From: an uncultured Chloroflexia bacterium
GTDB taxonomy: Bacteria > Chloroflexota > Anaerolineae > Anaerolineales > UBA4823
Direction of reading: 5' to 3'
DNA length: 64,000 nt
Assembly: GCA_963698765.1 (NCBI GenBank)
Contig: CAVOSB010000037.1
Coordinates: 90,993 to 154,992, forward strand
Each line of letters starts with the position of its first letter. The stretch's first letter is position 1. Below, in pieces: positions 41,115 through 50,282 of this stretch. Under the pieces are notes generated by a model that worked only from the letters and a program-made list of their open reading frames with translations, did no database searches and was not told the origin of the DNA. Both the position numbers and the translations under genes were made by a program.

Positions 41115-42279
41115 GATTGAGTACATCCGTCGGTAAATGGGGGAGATCGATACTCGCTTCATCACAAAACAAACAAGCATGTTCGATGGCATTTCTCAAT
41201 TCGCGGATGTTGCCTTTCCAATTATAGGATTTCAGAGCATCCATTGCTCGCGGAGTAATGTCAACGATATTCTTACCGTCCCTTGGAGCAATCTGGTTAA
41301 TGAATAATGCCACTAATTGAGGAATGTCCTGTTTTCGTTCTCTTAATGGCGGAATATGTAAATGAACCACTTTCAGCCTGTAATAAAGATCTTCTCGAAA
41401 AAGATTTTCTTCCACCATCTTCTCTAAATTGCGATTAGAGGCTGTAATAACCTGGACATCGACACGGATCATATTCGTGCCGCCCAGTCTTCGAAATGCT
41501 CTTTCTTCTAAGGCTCGCAGCAGTTTTGGCTGCATATCGAGCGGCATGGTTGAGATCTCGTCGAGAAAAAGGATGCCACCATCGGCCACTTCCATCAGGC
41601 CATATTTCCGTTTTTCTGCCGTGGTGAAGGCGCCTGCTTCGTGACCAAACAGTTCAGATTCGAGTAATGTTGTTTGAATTGCTCCGCAGTTAATCGGCAT
41701 AAATGGTTTCCCAGCCCTGGGACCGCGATGCCGGATGGCATCTACCAAAACTTCCTTGCCAGTGCCGCTTTCACCGGTGATGAGGATTGTTGCACCCACA
41801 TCCGCCGCTCTTTTCGCAATCTCGACCATCCTCTTCATCTGGGGATGCGAGCCGACTACGAAATTCGAGTTTTCCCAATTTGCCTGGCGTAGCAGCATAA
41901 GCTCGCGACGCATAGTAAATATTTCTACTGCGCGGCAAACAGCCTCTTCCAGTCGGTCGAGTTTGACAGGTTTCTGTAAAAAATCAGTCGCGCCATCTTT
42001 CATTGCCTTCACGGCCATATCAATGTCACCATTGCCGGTAATCACAATGACCGGTGGACGCATATCATACTTTGTTGTCTCTTCAAGCAAATCGGGACCA
42101 TAACCATCTGGCAGCAGGACATCCAAAAGGATAACATCGGCATTCCCTTGCTGGATATTGCGGCGGGCGTCGGCGAGAGTGGCAGCTCCGATCGTTTCGT
42201 AACCATTGGAGGACAGGAAAGTCCGAATATTTTCGCGAAACTTGTCTTCATCATCCACAATCAAAATCGTCGCACTCAT
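41095..42279 (-). CDS. sigma-54-dependent activator: receiver + AAA+ domain, no DNA-binding domain
   Basis: The receiver is ILIVDDEDKF...VILLDVLLPDG. The AAA+ core has GESGTGKE, FGHEAGAFTTAEKR (a GAFTGA variant), ILFLDEI and RELRNAIEH. The ORF ends about 25 aa after the last AAA+ helix, where a convergent gene begins. Confidence 0.85.
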   Translation of the reverse strand: MSATILIVDDEDKFRENIRTFLSSNGYETIGAATLADARRNIQQGNADVILLDVLLPDGYGPDLLEETTKYDMRPPVIVITGNGDIDMAVKAMKDGATDFLQKPVKLDRLEEAVCRAVEIFTMRRELMLLRQANWENSNFVVGSHPQMKRMVEIAKRAADVGATILITGESGTGKEVLVDAIRHRGPRAGKPFMPINCGAIQTTLLESELFGHEAGAFTTAEKRKYGLMEVADGGILFLDEISTMPLDMQPKLLRALEERAFRRLGGTNMIRVDVQVITASNRNLEKMVEENLFREDLYYRLKVVHLHIPPLRERKQDIPQLVALFINQIAPRDGKNIVDITPRAMDALKSYNWKGNIRELRNAIEHACLFCDEASIDLPHLPTDVLNPKDYPI

Positions 42280-44265
42280 CGTTCTTTATCCTTCTCCTTG
42301 CACGCCGGAAATTGTACATAAAAAACAGTTCCAGGCGTGTAGAATTCAACCTTGATATTGCCTTTGTGTGCAGATACCATCCCTTTTATGATTGCCAGCC
42401 CCAAACCCGTGCCATTCTTCTTTGTTGTGTAAAAAGGTTGAAAGATGTGCTCACGGAATTCTGGCGGGATCCCTGGAGCGGTATCTGCAACAGCTACCTG
42501 GACAAATGTCCTTCCCTCTGGAGTAATTACTGGTTGTACTCGCAAGACCAACCTGCCTCCCGCATCTCCCATCGCCTCTAATGCATTGCTGATTAAATTC
42601 CCAAAAACCTCTTCCAGGGCATATTGATTCCCCTCGATTTTGGGGCATTCAGGAGGCAAAATTACCTCACATTGTACTTTTGCACGCATGATGCGTGCCC
42701 GGTATCTATCCAGGATACGGTTAAGAAGCTGCGGTACTTCCAGAACCACCATTTCGTATTTTTTGGGTTTGGCGATTTCCAGAACAGCTGAAACCTGTGA
42801 GGATAGTCGATCGCATTCCTCAAGCATTTGTCCAATATACTTGCGATGAGTTCTCATTTTCGACTACCTGCCGGTCCATCAGCTGTAATGTAGTACTGAT
42901 GTTGTTGATCATATTACGCATTTCGTGCGCGAACATGGCAGTGACCTCGCCAAGCGTAGCACGCTGTTCATACTGTTGAGCCCGGTTTCGAATTTCTTCC
43001 TGCTCGGTTAAATCCTGTATCAGGATCACGATTGCTTTGAGCAAATTGTCTACCACCACTGGGACGATCCTGGTTGTTGCCAGAAACTTATCACCGTTTC
43101 TTCTGTACAGGTGGATATTATCCGGAATAGAAGGTGCAACCAAATTTGTCATTGATCCCAGATAGGATGAAAAATTTTGGTCCCCAATCAAGATGCTATC
43201 GAGAAATTGGTTTCTTGCCTCCCAACCTTGATATCCTAATATAATTTCAGCAGAACTGTTCAATTCCAGTATTTTGTGGTCTGGATCGATAATAATTACA
43301 GCCTCGCTGATCGAGCTGGTTATATGTTGGAAAATGGTGTTACTGAATTCCTGTTCAGATAGGTTTATGAATAATTCCATCCGTTTTGAATAAATTTGAA
43401 TAAGCGCAGTTATTCCGGAGCCGATGACCCGAGTTGTCTCCAACAGGTAATCAACGGGATTTCTCTTTAAATCGCCGATCACTAAAATACCAATCGTCGC
43501 ATTCTTTTCGCCCAACATGTGTGAAGCAAGATAATTAAGACCCGCTCCGCGAGCTGTGCGATGCAGATAGGTAACCGGTCGGCTCTTGGCAATCCATAGA
43601 TCGGTGTTATTTAAGCCTTCAAGCTCGATATCTTTCAATTGTTCAGGAAGTAAATTCAAATCCCCATGCTCAATAACCTTTTTAAAAACTGGCTCTCCTT
43701 CTTGTGCCAAATATATCGCCAGGATATTTGCTTCTGTCAGATTGGAGCCAACTTCCAGGGTTGCTTTGAGTGCTGATTCTATATCCGGGGATTTTGCTGC
43801 CCTGGTGATTTCACAGAATCCATCAAATGTTTTGGGGATAATATTTTGAGTTTCCGGCGGGAGGACCGTCTCTGGTTCCAGGAAGAAAAGTATTTGCCGG
43901 CTGTTTTCTCGAACTGCCTTTACTTTCACATAGATGCTGTGATTGTTTCTATCCTTTGTTGCCAATTCTATGTGATAGAAATTACTCTTCCAAAGCTGGT
44001 CATATTGCTCTGAGCTGGAGACGAGCTCAATGAACTCTGAATTCCAGTTGTTGAAAAGAGAAAATAATTCCAGCTGGATTAATTCTTCAATCGATATATC
44101 TGTGATTTGTGCGGCAGCAGGATTTGCGTTCTGGATTTTCCATGAATCCGATTCTACGAGCAAGACCGGAATTGGAAGAGATTCGATTGAAACATGGGTC
44201 GTTGAATTATCCGCGAGTTTTTTTCTTCGGAAGCTGTGAATTGTCACTTGCGAAGGATCGCTCAT
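42276..44265 (-). pseudogene. PAS/GAF sensor histidine kinase (NtrB-like), frame break near 42850
   Basis: ORF 42820-44265 holds PAS/GAF regions and the H-box (AMFAHEMRNMINN). ORF 42276-42857 holds the HATPase (LISNALEAM, DTAPGIP, GTGLGLAI). There is an ATGA overlap with the activator gene at 42276-42279. Confidence 0.8.
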
Positions 44266-44298
44266 CAGTTTGGATAATTACTCTTGTGATTGGTCATT

Positions 44299-45767
44299 CT
44301 AAACAGGTTGGATGTATTGATCGAATTTAGGAGCATCTATTGGCATCGTGCTACGTCTGGATTTCTTTTTCCTAGAACTCCTGAGACGACCGGGTAGTAT
44401 GCCTTCCAGCGATCGATATTTTGCCACCGTACGGCGTGCAACATGGTAGCCTCGGGCGCCTAATCTTATGACGATTTCTGCGTCGCTGAGCGGATGTTCT
44501 TCGCTTTTAATGATCTCTTGCATAATAGTTCGAACATTCAGGCTGCGCTCGAACATCCTTGACATAGGAATGATGCGTTGATCTGGTAATTGTACCGCTT
44601 TATTAGACACAGCCCTCGATATCGTGGATTCATGCAGTTCAAGCTCTTTTGCCAGCTGAGCTCTGGTCATAGGAATTAATTTTGCTTCGCCCTCCAAAAT
44701 AAATTGACGCTGGTAAAAGACGAGTTTTTCAACCAGACGGACAATGGTGTGATTGCGCTGTTGAAGACACTTGACCAGGAGATTCGCGCGCTCATAATCC
44801 TCCCGCCATTCATCGGTTTTTTCCTCCGGAGCTTGATGCAGAGCTTCTTTGAACAGTGGATTGACCCTCAAACAACCGCTGTATGGGGAGACTATCTCCA
44901 CCACAAGCTGAGTCTCTTGTGTGTCTTTGGATGCAGATATGATGATGTCTGCGTGCTGGTAGACTGGCGGAGTGGGGGTTTTTTGATTATTCTCACCCCA
45001 ATGGGCGCGTGCTGGAAAGGGATTGAGGTTCTGAATAATGAAGTCGGATAACTCCTGTGCTTCATCAGATGATATACCTAGAAAGCGCCCAAGTAGCTCT
45101 GGAGACTTGCGAGTGAGAATATTAAATCCTTCCTGAACAGCCTTATAACAAAGTCCTGGTACCGGACGTAATTCGGCCAGAACTTCCAATTGAACCAACA
45201 TGGCTGATTGAGGTGTCTGAGAGCCAACTCCGATCGGATCTGATCGCTGCACACTTCTCAATACCTCTTCGACGCACGAGATTGGAACATGGTGGTACAG
45301 GGCAATTTCGTGGAGAGGTACACGCAGCAGGCCATCGTCATCCAGGCTCGTCAGGATAAAAGCAGCGATAGGTCGATCACCCGGATCCAGCTCAGGTGCG
45401 ATTTGACGGAAGACATATGTTGGAAGGTTCTGGACTTCAGCGATCCATTCATCTTGTGCGTCATTTCTTTCCAAGTCATAATTTCTTGAAGAGGAAAAGT
45501 CACTTGTGGGGGAAATAAAGATGATGGGTTCTGATTGAGAATGTTTAATCGGGAAGAACATACCGGACACGCGCCGGATGCGATCTGTGGACGGTGGCAG
45601 CGCGGACAACGGCGGACATCAATAAGCTCCAATGCTGGGTTTGATGCTAAGTCTGCCTCAATCTTTTGCTTTAATTCACCACTTGTGAGCTCCAATAATG
45701 ACATTGTTTGAGCAAGATGGGCAGTCGGTTGCTGGCGAAGGAGTGGGGATTGTCTTTGTTGCAGCAT
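44299..45767 (-). pseudogene. rpoN: RNA polymerase sigma-54 factor with a CxxC..CxxC insert, frame break near 45550
   Basis: Region I is MLQQRQSPLLRQQPTAHLAQTMSLLELTSGELKQKIEADLASNPALE (ORF 45351-45854). The core-binding and C-terminal regions lie in ORF 44299-45609 (HTH: TRAQLAKELELHESTISRAV; RpoN box: ARRTVAKYR). Confidence 0.85.
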
Positions 45768-45934
45768 GGGGACACCTCTTTCTATTATAACCCGTTGCAA
45801 GAAATGTACCAAATGAAGTGCTATTACGCAACAAATGTGCCATTTGTCGATCAATATTATGACTTTTGCGATTTTCTTTCAGCGTTCCACAGTGTTAAAA
45901 TATCCAAAATCAATCCATAGTACAGAGGATCAAA

Positions 45935-46897
45935 ATGCTACGCTCTTTTCTGATCTACCTATCAAAAGCCAGATGGGCGCAATACATGGTTACTAGGTGG
46001 AGATTTTCCTGGCGTGCGGCGTCACGCTTTATTGCAGGAGAAAAGATAGAAGATGCGATTCTTGCCATTAAAAACCTTAATGCTAAAGGGATTAATGCCA
46101 CTCTCGACCATTTGGGGGAACACACCACGAATGAGGAAGAAGCGCGCCGCGCGGCTGGTGATATTCTGCTGGCAATTGATGCAATCGAAGAAGCTGGCGT
46201 CCGGGCGAATGTTTCGATCAAGTTGACACAAATTGGACTGGCACTGGGTGAAGAAGTCTGCGCTGAAAATCTCAAAACGATTCTCACTCATGCTAAGAGC
46301 AGAGGGAATTTTGTCCGCATCGATATGGAAGATTTCACTTGCGTTGAGAAGACACTTGCATTATTTGATAAAATGCGGAATGAATGTGATTGTCCTAACG
46401 TGGGTACTGTCATCCAGGCCTACCTTTACCGCAGTCAGAAGGACATTGAAAAAATAACCCAGGAAGGTGGTAAAGTCAGGCTTTGCAAGGGGGCGTACAA
46501 GGAGTCTCCAGAGGTAGCATACCCGAAAAAGAAAGACGTTGATGCCAGTTACGATCGACTAACAGAGAAGCTGTTGGATGCAGCGCTTTTACATGGCTCG
46601 CCTGTTCTGAGTAGGGACGGCAAAGTACCACCACTTCCAGCCATTGCTTCTCACGATCCTGTCCGCATAGAGAAAGCAAAAACATACGCCGGTAAAATCC
46701 AGCTGCCCAAACAGGCTTTGGAATTTCAAATGCTGTATGGGATTCGACGAGACCTCCAGGAAAGTTGTGTGGCGGAAGGTTTTCCAGTCCGGGTATATGT
46801 ACCATACGGCACACAGTGGTACCCATATTTTGTCCGCCGTTTGGCTGAACGTCCGGCAAATCTATGGTTCTTCATTTCTAACTTCTTCCGGAAATAA
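45935..46897 (+). CDS. proline dehydrogenase family protein
   Basis: 320-aa ORF with a monofunctional PRODH-type pattern (NATLDHLGE, SIKLTQIG, VRIDMED, RLCKGAY, HD..., QMLYGIR). Confidence 0.8.
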   Translation: MLRSFLIYLSKARWAQYMVTRWRFSWRAASRFIAGEKIEDAILAIKNLNAKGINATLDHLGEHTTNEEEARRAAGDILLAIDAIEEAGVRANVSIKLTQIGLALGEEVCAENLKTILTHAKSRGNFVRIDMEDFTCVEKTLALFDKMRNECDCPNVGTVIQAYLYRSQKDIEKITQEGGKVRLCKGAYKESPEVAYPKKKDVDASYDRLTEKLLDAALLHGSPVLSRDGKVPPLPAIASHDPVRIEKAKTYAGKIQLPKQALEFQMLYGIRRDLQESCVAEGFPVRVYVPYGTQWYPYFVRRLAERPANLWFFISNFFRK

Positions 46898-47038
46898 AAG
46901 AACAGAATTAACCTCGTTATCATAATCGTTTGATAGGCGTGTGGTATTATGGGAAACCATCGTACCTGCGGATAGTTCACGCATTAATCGTTTCGTGGTC
47001 CCGCAAATTTATAACTGGCAGGGATAGGAATTCGGGAA

Positions 47039-47515
47039 GTGAAAAAGGTAAATCGCCAACCTCTTGTATCAATTCTAATTATAGTTCTCGGAGCAGTCAT
47101 TATCTTAGCGTCATATTTTTGGTTTCAGAGCGCCTCGAATCAGGGTAGGGCTGAACCAGCGGCCTCAGTGGAACAGGTTGCAGAAATTCCGTACCCAGAT
47201 ATTAAGCGAGTTGGTCTGGCTGACGCAAAAGCTGCCTACGATTTGGGCACAGCTGTCTTTATTGATGTCAGAGATGAATACTCATTCCAGCAAGGCCATA
47301 TCCCAAATGCACGATTAGTCCCAGTCGATAGGATTCTACAAGAGAGTGATCAACTGGACTCTTCTCAGTGGTATATCCTGTACTGTACCTGACCGGCTGA
47401 AGAATCAAGCGCCCGTGCGGCGCAAATATTGAAGGATAATGGCTTCAGCAACGTGACGCCAATTCTGGGTGGATTGGCAGCCTGGCGAGATGCCGGGTAT
47501 CCGATTGATCAATAA
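47039..47515 (+). CDS. membrane-anchored rhodanese-domain sulfurtransferase with in-frame TGA (47390-47392) at the predicted catalytic position
   Basis: The track ORF ends ...WYILYCT at the TGA. The same frame continues PAEESSARAAQILKDNGFSNVTPILGGLAAWRDAGYPIDQ to TAA at 47513-47515. That is the canonical rhodanese C-terminal half, and the upstream part has IDVRDEYSFQQGHIPNA. Confidence 0.7.
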
Positions 47516-47518
47516 CAA

Positions 47519-48016
47519 ATGTCAGCAATGGAAAGTAAGTCTGAGCGGCTATCCAGGCGGTTGATCGAGGAAGGTGAAAAAACCGGAGAATTTTTCCGTT
47601 TCCTGCCACTTGATTTTTTGGATATGGAGTTGTACACAGATGGAGGTCACTGGAAAGTCGGACAGATCATGGCTCACTTCCTGGCCACGGAAATTGGGAT
47701 TTTTGCATTAATTACATCAATTTTGGATGGAAATCCAGGAACTCCTGAGGATTTTGAACTCAACCGCTATAATGAGAAAAAAGTCACCGAATTTTGTGAC
47801 CTGCCATTGTCAGTTTTACTCGATGGTTTTATTGAACAGCGGCTAAGAAATGCTCTGGCAGTTAAAGTTTTCACCGATGAGCAACTGCAAACCCAAGGAA
47901 GGCATCCTTATCTCGGTTTTACACGAATTGAAGAGATCATAAAGCTTTTATATCGCCATAACCAGATCCATCAACGCGATATCCGCCGCTTGCTGCTCGA
48001 ATTTCAGTTTTCTTAA
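47519..48016 (+). CDS. DinB-superfamily protein
   Basis: 165-aa helical protein with spaced His residues (HWKVGQIMAHF...HNQIHQRD). The assignment is by general resemblance only. Confidence 0.5.
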   Translation: MSAMESKSERLSRRLIEEGEKTGEFFRFLPLDFLDMELYTDGGHWKVGQIMAHFLATEIGIFALITSILDGNPGTPEDFELNRYNEKKVTEFCDLPLSVLLDGFIEQRLRNALAVKVFTDEQLQTQGRHPYLGFTRIEEIIKLLYRHNQIHQRDIRRLLLEFQFS

Positions 48017-48040
48017 TAACCCGCGAATTCCTGGTCACAA

Positions 48041-48946
48041 ATGGAGACCATCCGATTATTCATACGCCTAACCAGGCCGCTCTTCTTGCTAGGTGCAGCT
48101 TTGCTGTATGCATTAGGTGCAGGAATTGCGCATTATTTGGGGGTAAATATCAATTGGAATGTTTACATCAGCGGCCAGCTTTGGGTAACCCTTCTGCAGT
48201 TGAGCACCCACTATTTGAATGAATATTACGATACTCCAGGTGATCTGCAAAATAATAACCGGACCCCATTGACGGGAGGAAGCGGTGCACTCGGCCCTGG
48301 CAAGCTTCCGAGGAGAGTAGCATTAATTGCTGGATTGGCCTGCCTTGCTGCTCTTGCTTCCATATCTGTTCTATTTATCGCATGGATTAAGCCAGCACCT
48401 CTCGCATATCTGATCATGATTTCAGGTTTCTTAGGGGCTTTTTTCTACTCCGTACCTCCGGTTCGCTTAGAATCAACCGGCTATGGAGAGTTGACTACGA
48501 CGGTACTTTTGACATTTCTTCTCCCTGCTTATGCTTTCAGTTTACAGGCCGGAGAATTACACCGCCTGGTTTCAATGACTGCCTTTCCGCTTGCATCGCT
48601 TCACCTGGCGATGTTCCTGGCATTCGAATTACCTGATTATCTTGCAGATATCAAGAGTGAGAAGAAAACGTTGATGGTGCGTCTCGGATGGCAGGCTGGA
48701 ATGAATTTGCACAACATTCTCATCCTGACCTCCTATTTACTTCTGATCCTGGCTGCAAGTTATGGTTATCCGTGGTTTGCCACATGGCCTGCCTTGCTTA
48801 CTCTTCCTTTGGGTGTTTTCCAGATTATTCAAATGCGGAAAATTGCCAACGGTTCGAAACCGCAATGGAATATACTTGTTGTTGGCGCCTTGGCGCTTTT
48901 CAGCGTGACCGTTTATTTGATCACTTTTGCTTTTTGGATTAATTAA
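48041..48946 (+). CDS. UbiA-family aromatic prenyltransferase (MenA-like)
   Basis: 301-aa protein with 8-9 TM segments, the first Asp-rich motif NEYYDTPGD and the second FELPDYLADIK. Confidence 0.75.
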   Translation: METIRLFIRLTRPLFLLGAALLYALGAGIAHYLGVNINWNVYISGQLWVTLLQLSTHYLNEYYDTPGDLQNNNRTPLTGGSGALGPGKLPRRVALIAGLACLAALASISVLFIAWIKPAPLAYLIMISGFLGAFFYSVPPVRLESTGYGELTTTVLLTFLLPAYAFSLQAGELHRLVSMTAFPLASLHLAMFLAFELPDYLADIKSEKKTLMVRLGWQAGMNLHNILILTSYLLLILAASYGYPWFATWPALLTLPLGVFQIIQMRKIANGSKPQWNILVVGALALFSVTVYLITFAFWIN

Positions 48947-48978
48947 TCGTCCTTCGATTTCTTTTTTTGGATTTGTAG

Positions 48979-50211
48979 ATGCCGGAATTCCTTGAACTTT
49001 CCCCAGTTGAAGAAGCCCAATTAATTTTCAAAAATACATTGCAAGTGAATGTTAAAGAAGAGGAAATACTCACACAAAATGCTGTGGGGAGAATTACCAC
49101 AACCTCGATTGCTGCTCCACATCCTTTACCTTCGTTTACCCGGTCCAGTGTGGATGGCTATGCCCTCAAGGCCTCTGATACTTTCGGCGCTAGTGATGCT
49201 CTACCCGCATATTTGAAATTGATCGGTGAGATCTCTATGGGTGTGAAGCCCAATTTTTCGCTCGCCCCCGCACAATGCTGCCTCATTCACACAGGAGGGA
49301 TGCTGCCGGCAGAAGCGGATGCTGTGGTTATGCTGGAGCATACCCAGATATCCCGGCCAGGAGAAATTGAAGTGTACCGGGCGGTCGCATTTGGGGAGAA
49401 TGTAATACGAGAAGGGGAGGATGTAAAGGCATCCGAGATTGTGGTTCAGAAAGGTACTCGCCTGCGCCCTGCAGAGATTGGGGGTCTCATGTCCCTGGGG
49501 ATCGTGCGTGTCAAGGTAGCCTGCAAACCACGAGTGGGAGTTATATCGAGTGGCGATGAAATCGTTCCCCCGGAAAGCAAAATACTACCTGGGAAAATCA
49601 GAGACACCAATTCATACAGCCTGAGTGCGCTGGTTGAAGAAGCCGGAGGGACCGCAATCCGCTATGGAATCGTTCCGGATGATTTCGATGTTTTATATCA
49701 GGTGGCATCCCAGGCGATAGCTGAATGCGATCTGGTAGTGATAACTGCAGGCTCGTCAGCCAGCGCCCGGGATTTCACCGCACAAGTGATCAACCAGCTT
49801 GGAAAACCGGGTGTACTGGTACACGGTATAAACATCAAACCCGGGAAACCCACGATTTTAGGGATATGTCAGGGAAAAGCAGTGGTTGGTCTGCCTGGGA
49901 ATCCAGTCAGTGCACTGATTATCGCCAGACACTTCCTGATTCCAGTTATAAATTTGTTAACCGGTTTGCGTGAAGACTTTTTTCAACAATTCATATATGC
50001 CAAACTAACTCTTAATCTTTCATCACAGGCTGGACGCGAGGATTGGATTCCGGTGCATGTGGAAGAGAAACAATCTGAATATACAGCAGAACCGGTATTC
50101 GGCAAGAGCAATCTGATTTTCACGCTTGCCCGGTCAAATGGTTTGATCTGCATTCCTGCCGATACCACCGGATTAAATGCGGGTGAAATCGTCAAGGTTT
50201 ACACTTATTGA
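48979..50211 (+). CDS. moeA: molybdopterin molybdenumtransferase
   Basis: 410-aa ORF with the MoeA pattern SVDGYAL, the MoCF-binding core ISSGDEIV...IRDTNS and ITAGSSAS...GINIKPGKP. Confidence 0.85.
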   Translation: MPEFLELSPVEEAQLIFKNTLQVNVKEEEILTQNAVGRITTTSIAAPHPLPSFTRSSVDGYALKASDTFGASDALPAYLKLIGEISMGVKPNFSLAPAQCCLIHTGGMLPAEADAVVMLEHTQISRPGEIEVYRAVAFGENVIREGEDVKASEIVVQKGTRLRPAEIGGLMSLGIVRVKVACKPRVGVISSGDEIVPPESKILPGKIRDTNSYSLSALVEEAGGTAIRYGIVPDDFDVLYQVASQAIAECDLVVITAGSSASARDFTAQVINQLGKPGVLVHGINIKPGKPTILGICQGKAVVGLPGNPVSALIIARHFLIPVINLLTGLREDFFQQFIYAKLTLNLSSQAGREDWIPVHVEEKQSEYTAEPVFGKSNLIFTLARSNGLICIPADTTGLNAGEIVKVYTY

Positions 50212-50282
50212 AAGTGGTTATCATGTGAAAGTCTGGAAATAGAATTTTTCACGACAAAGAAATCGAGCATTGTTTATAGAAA

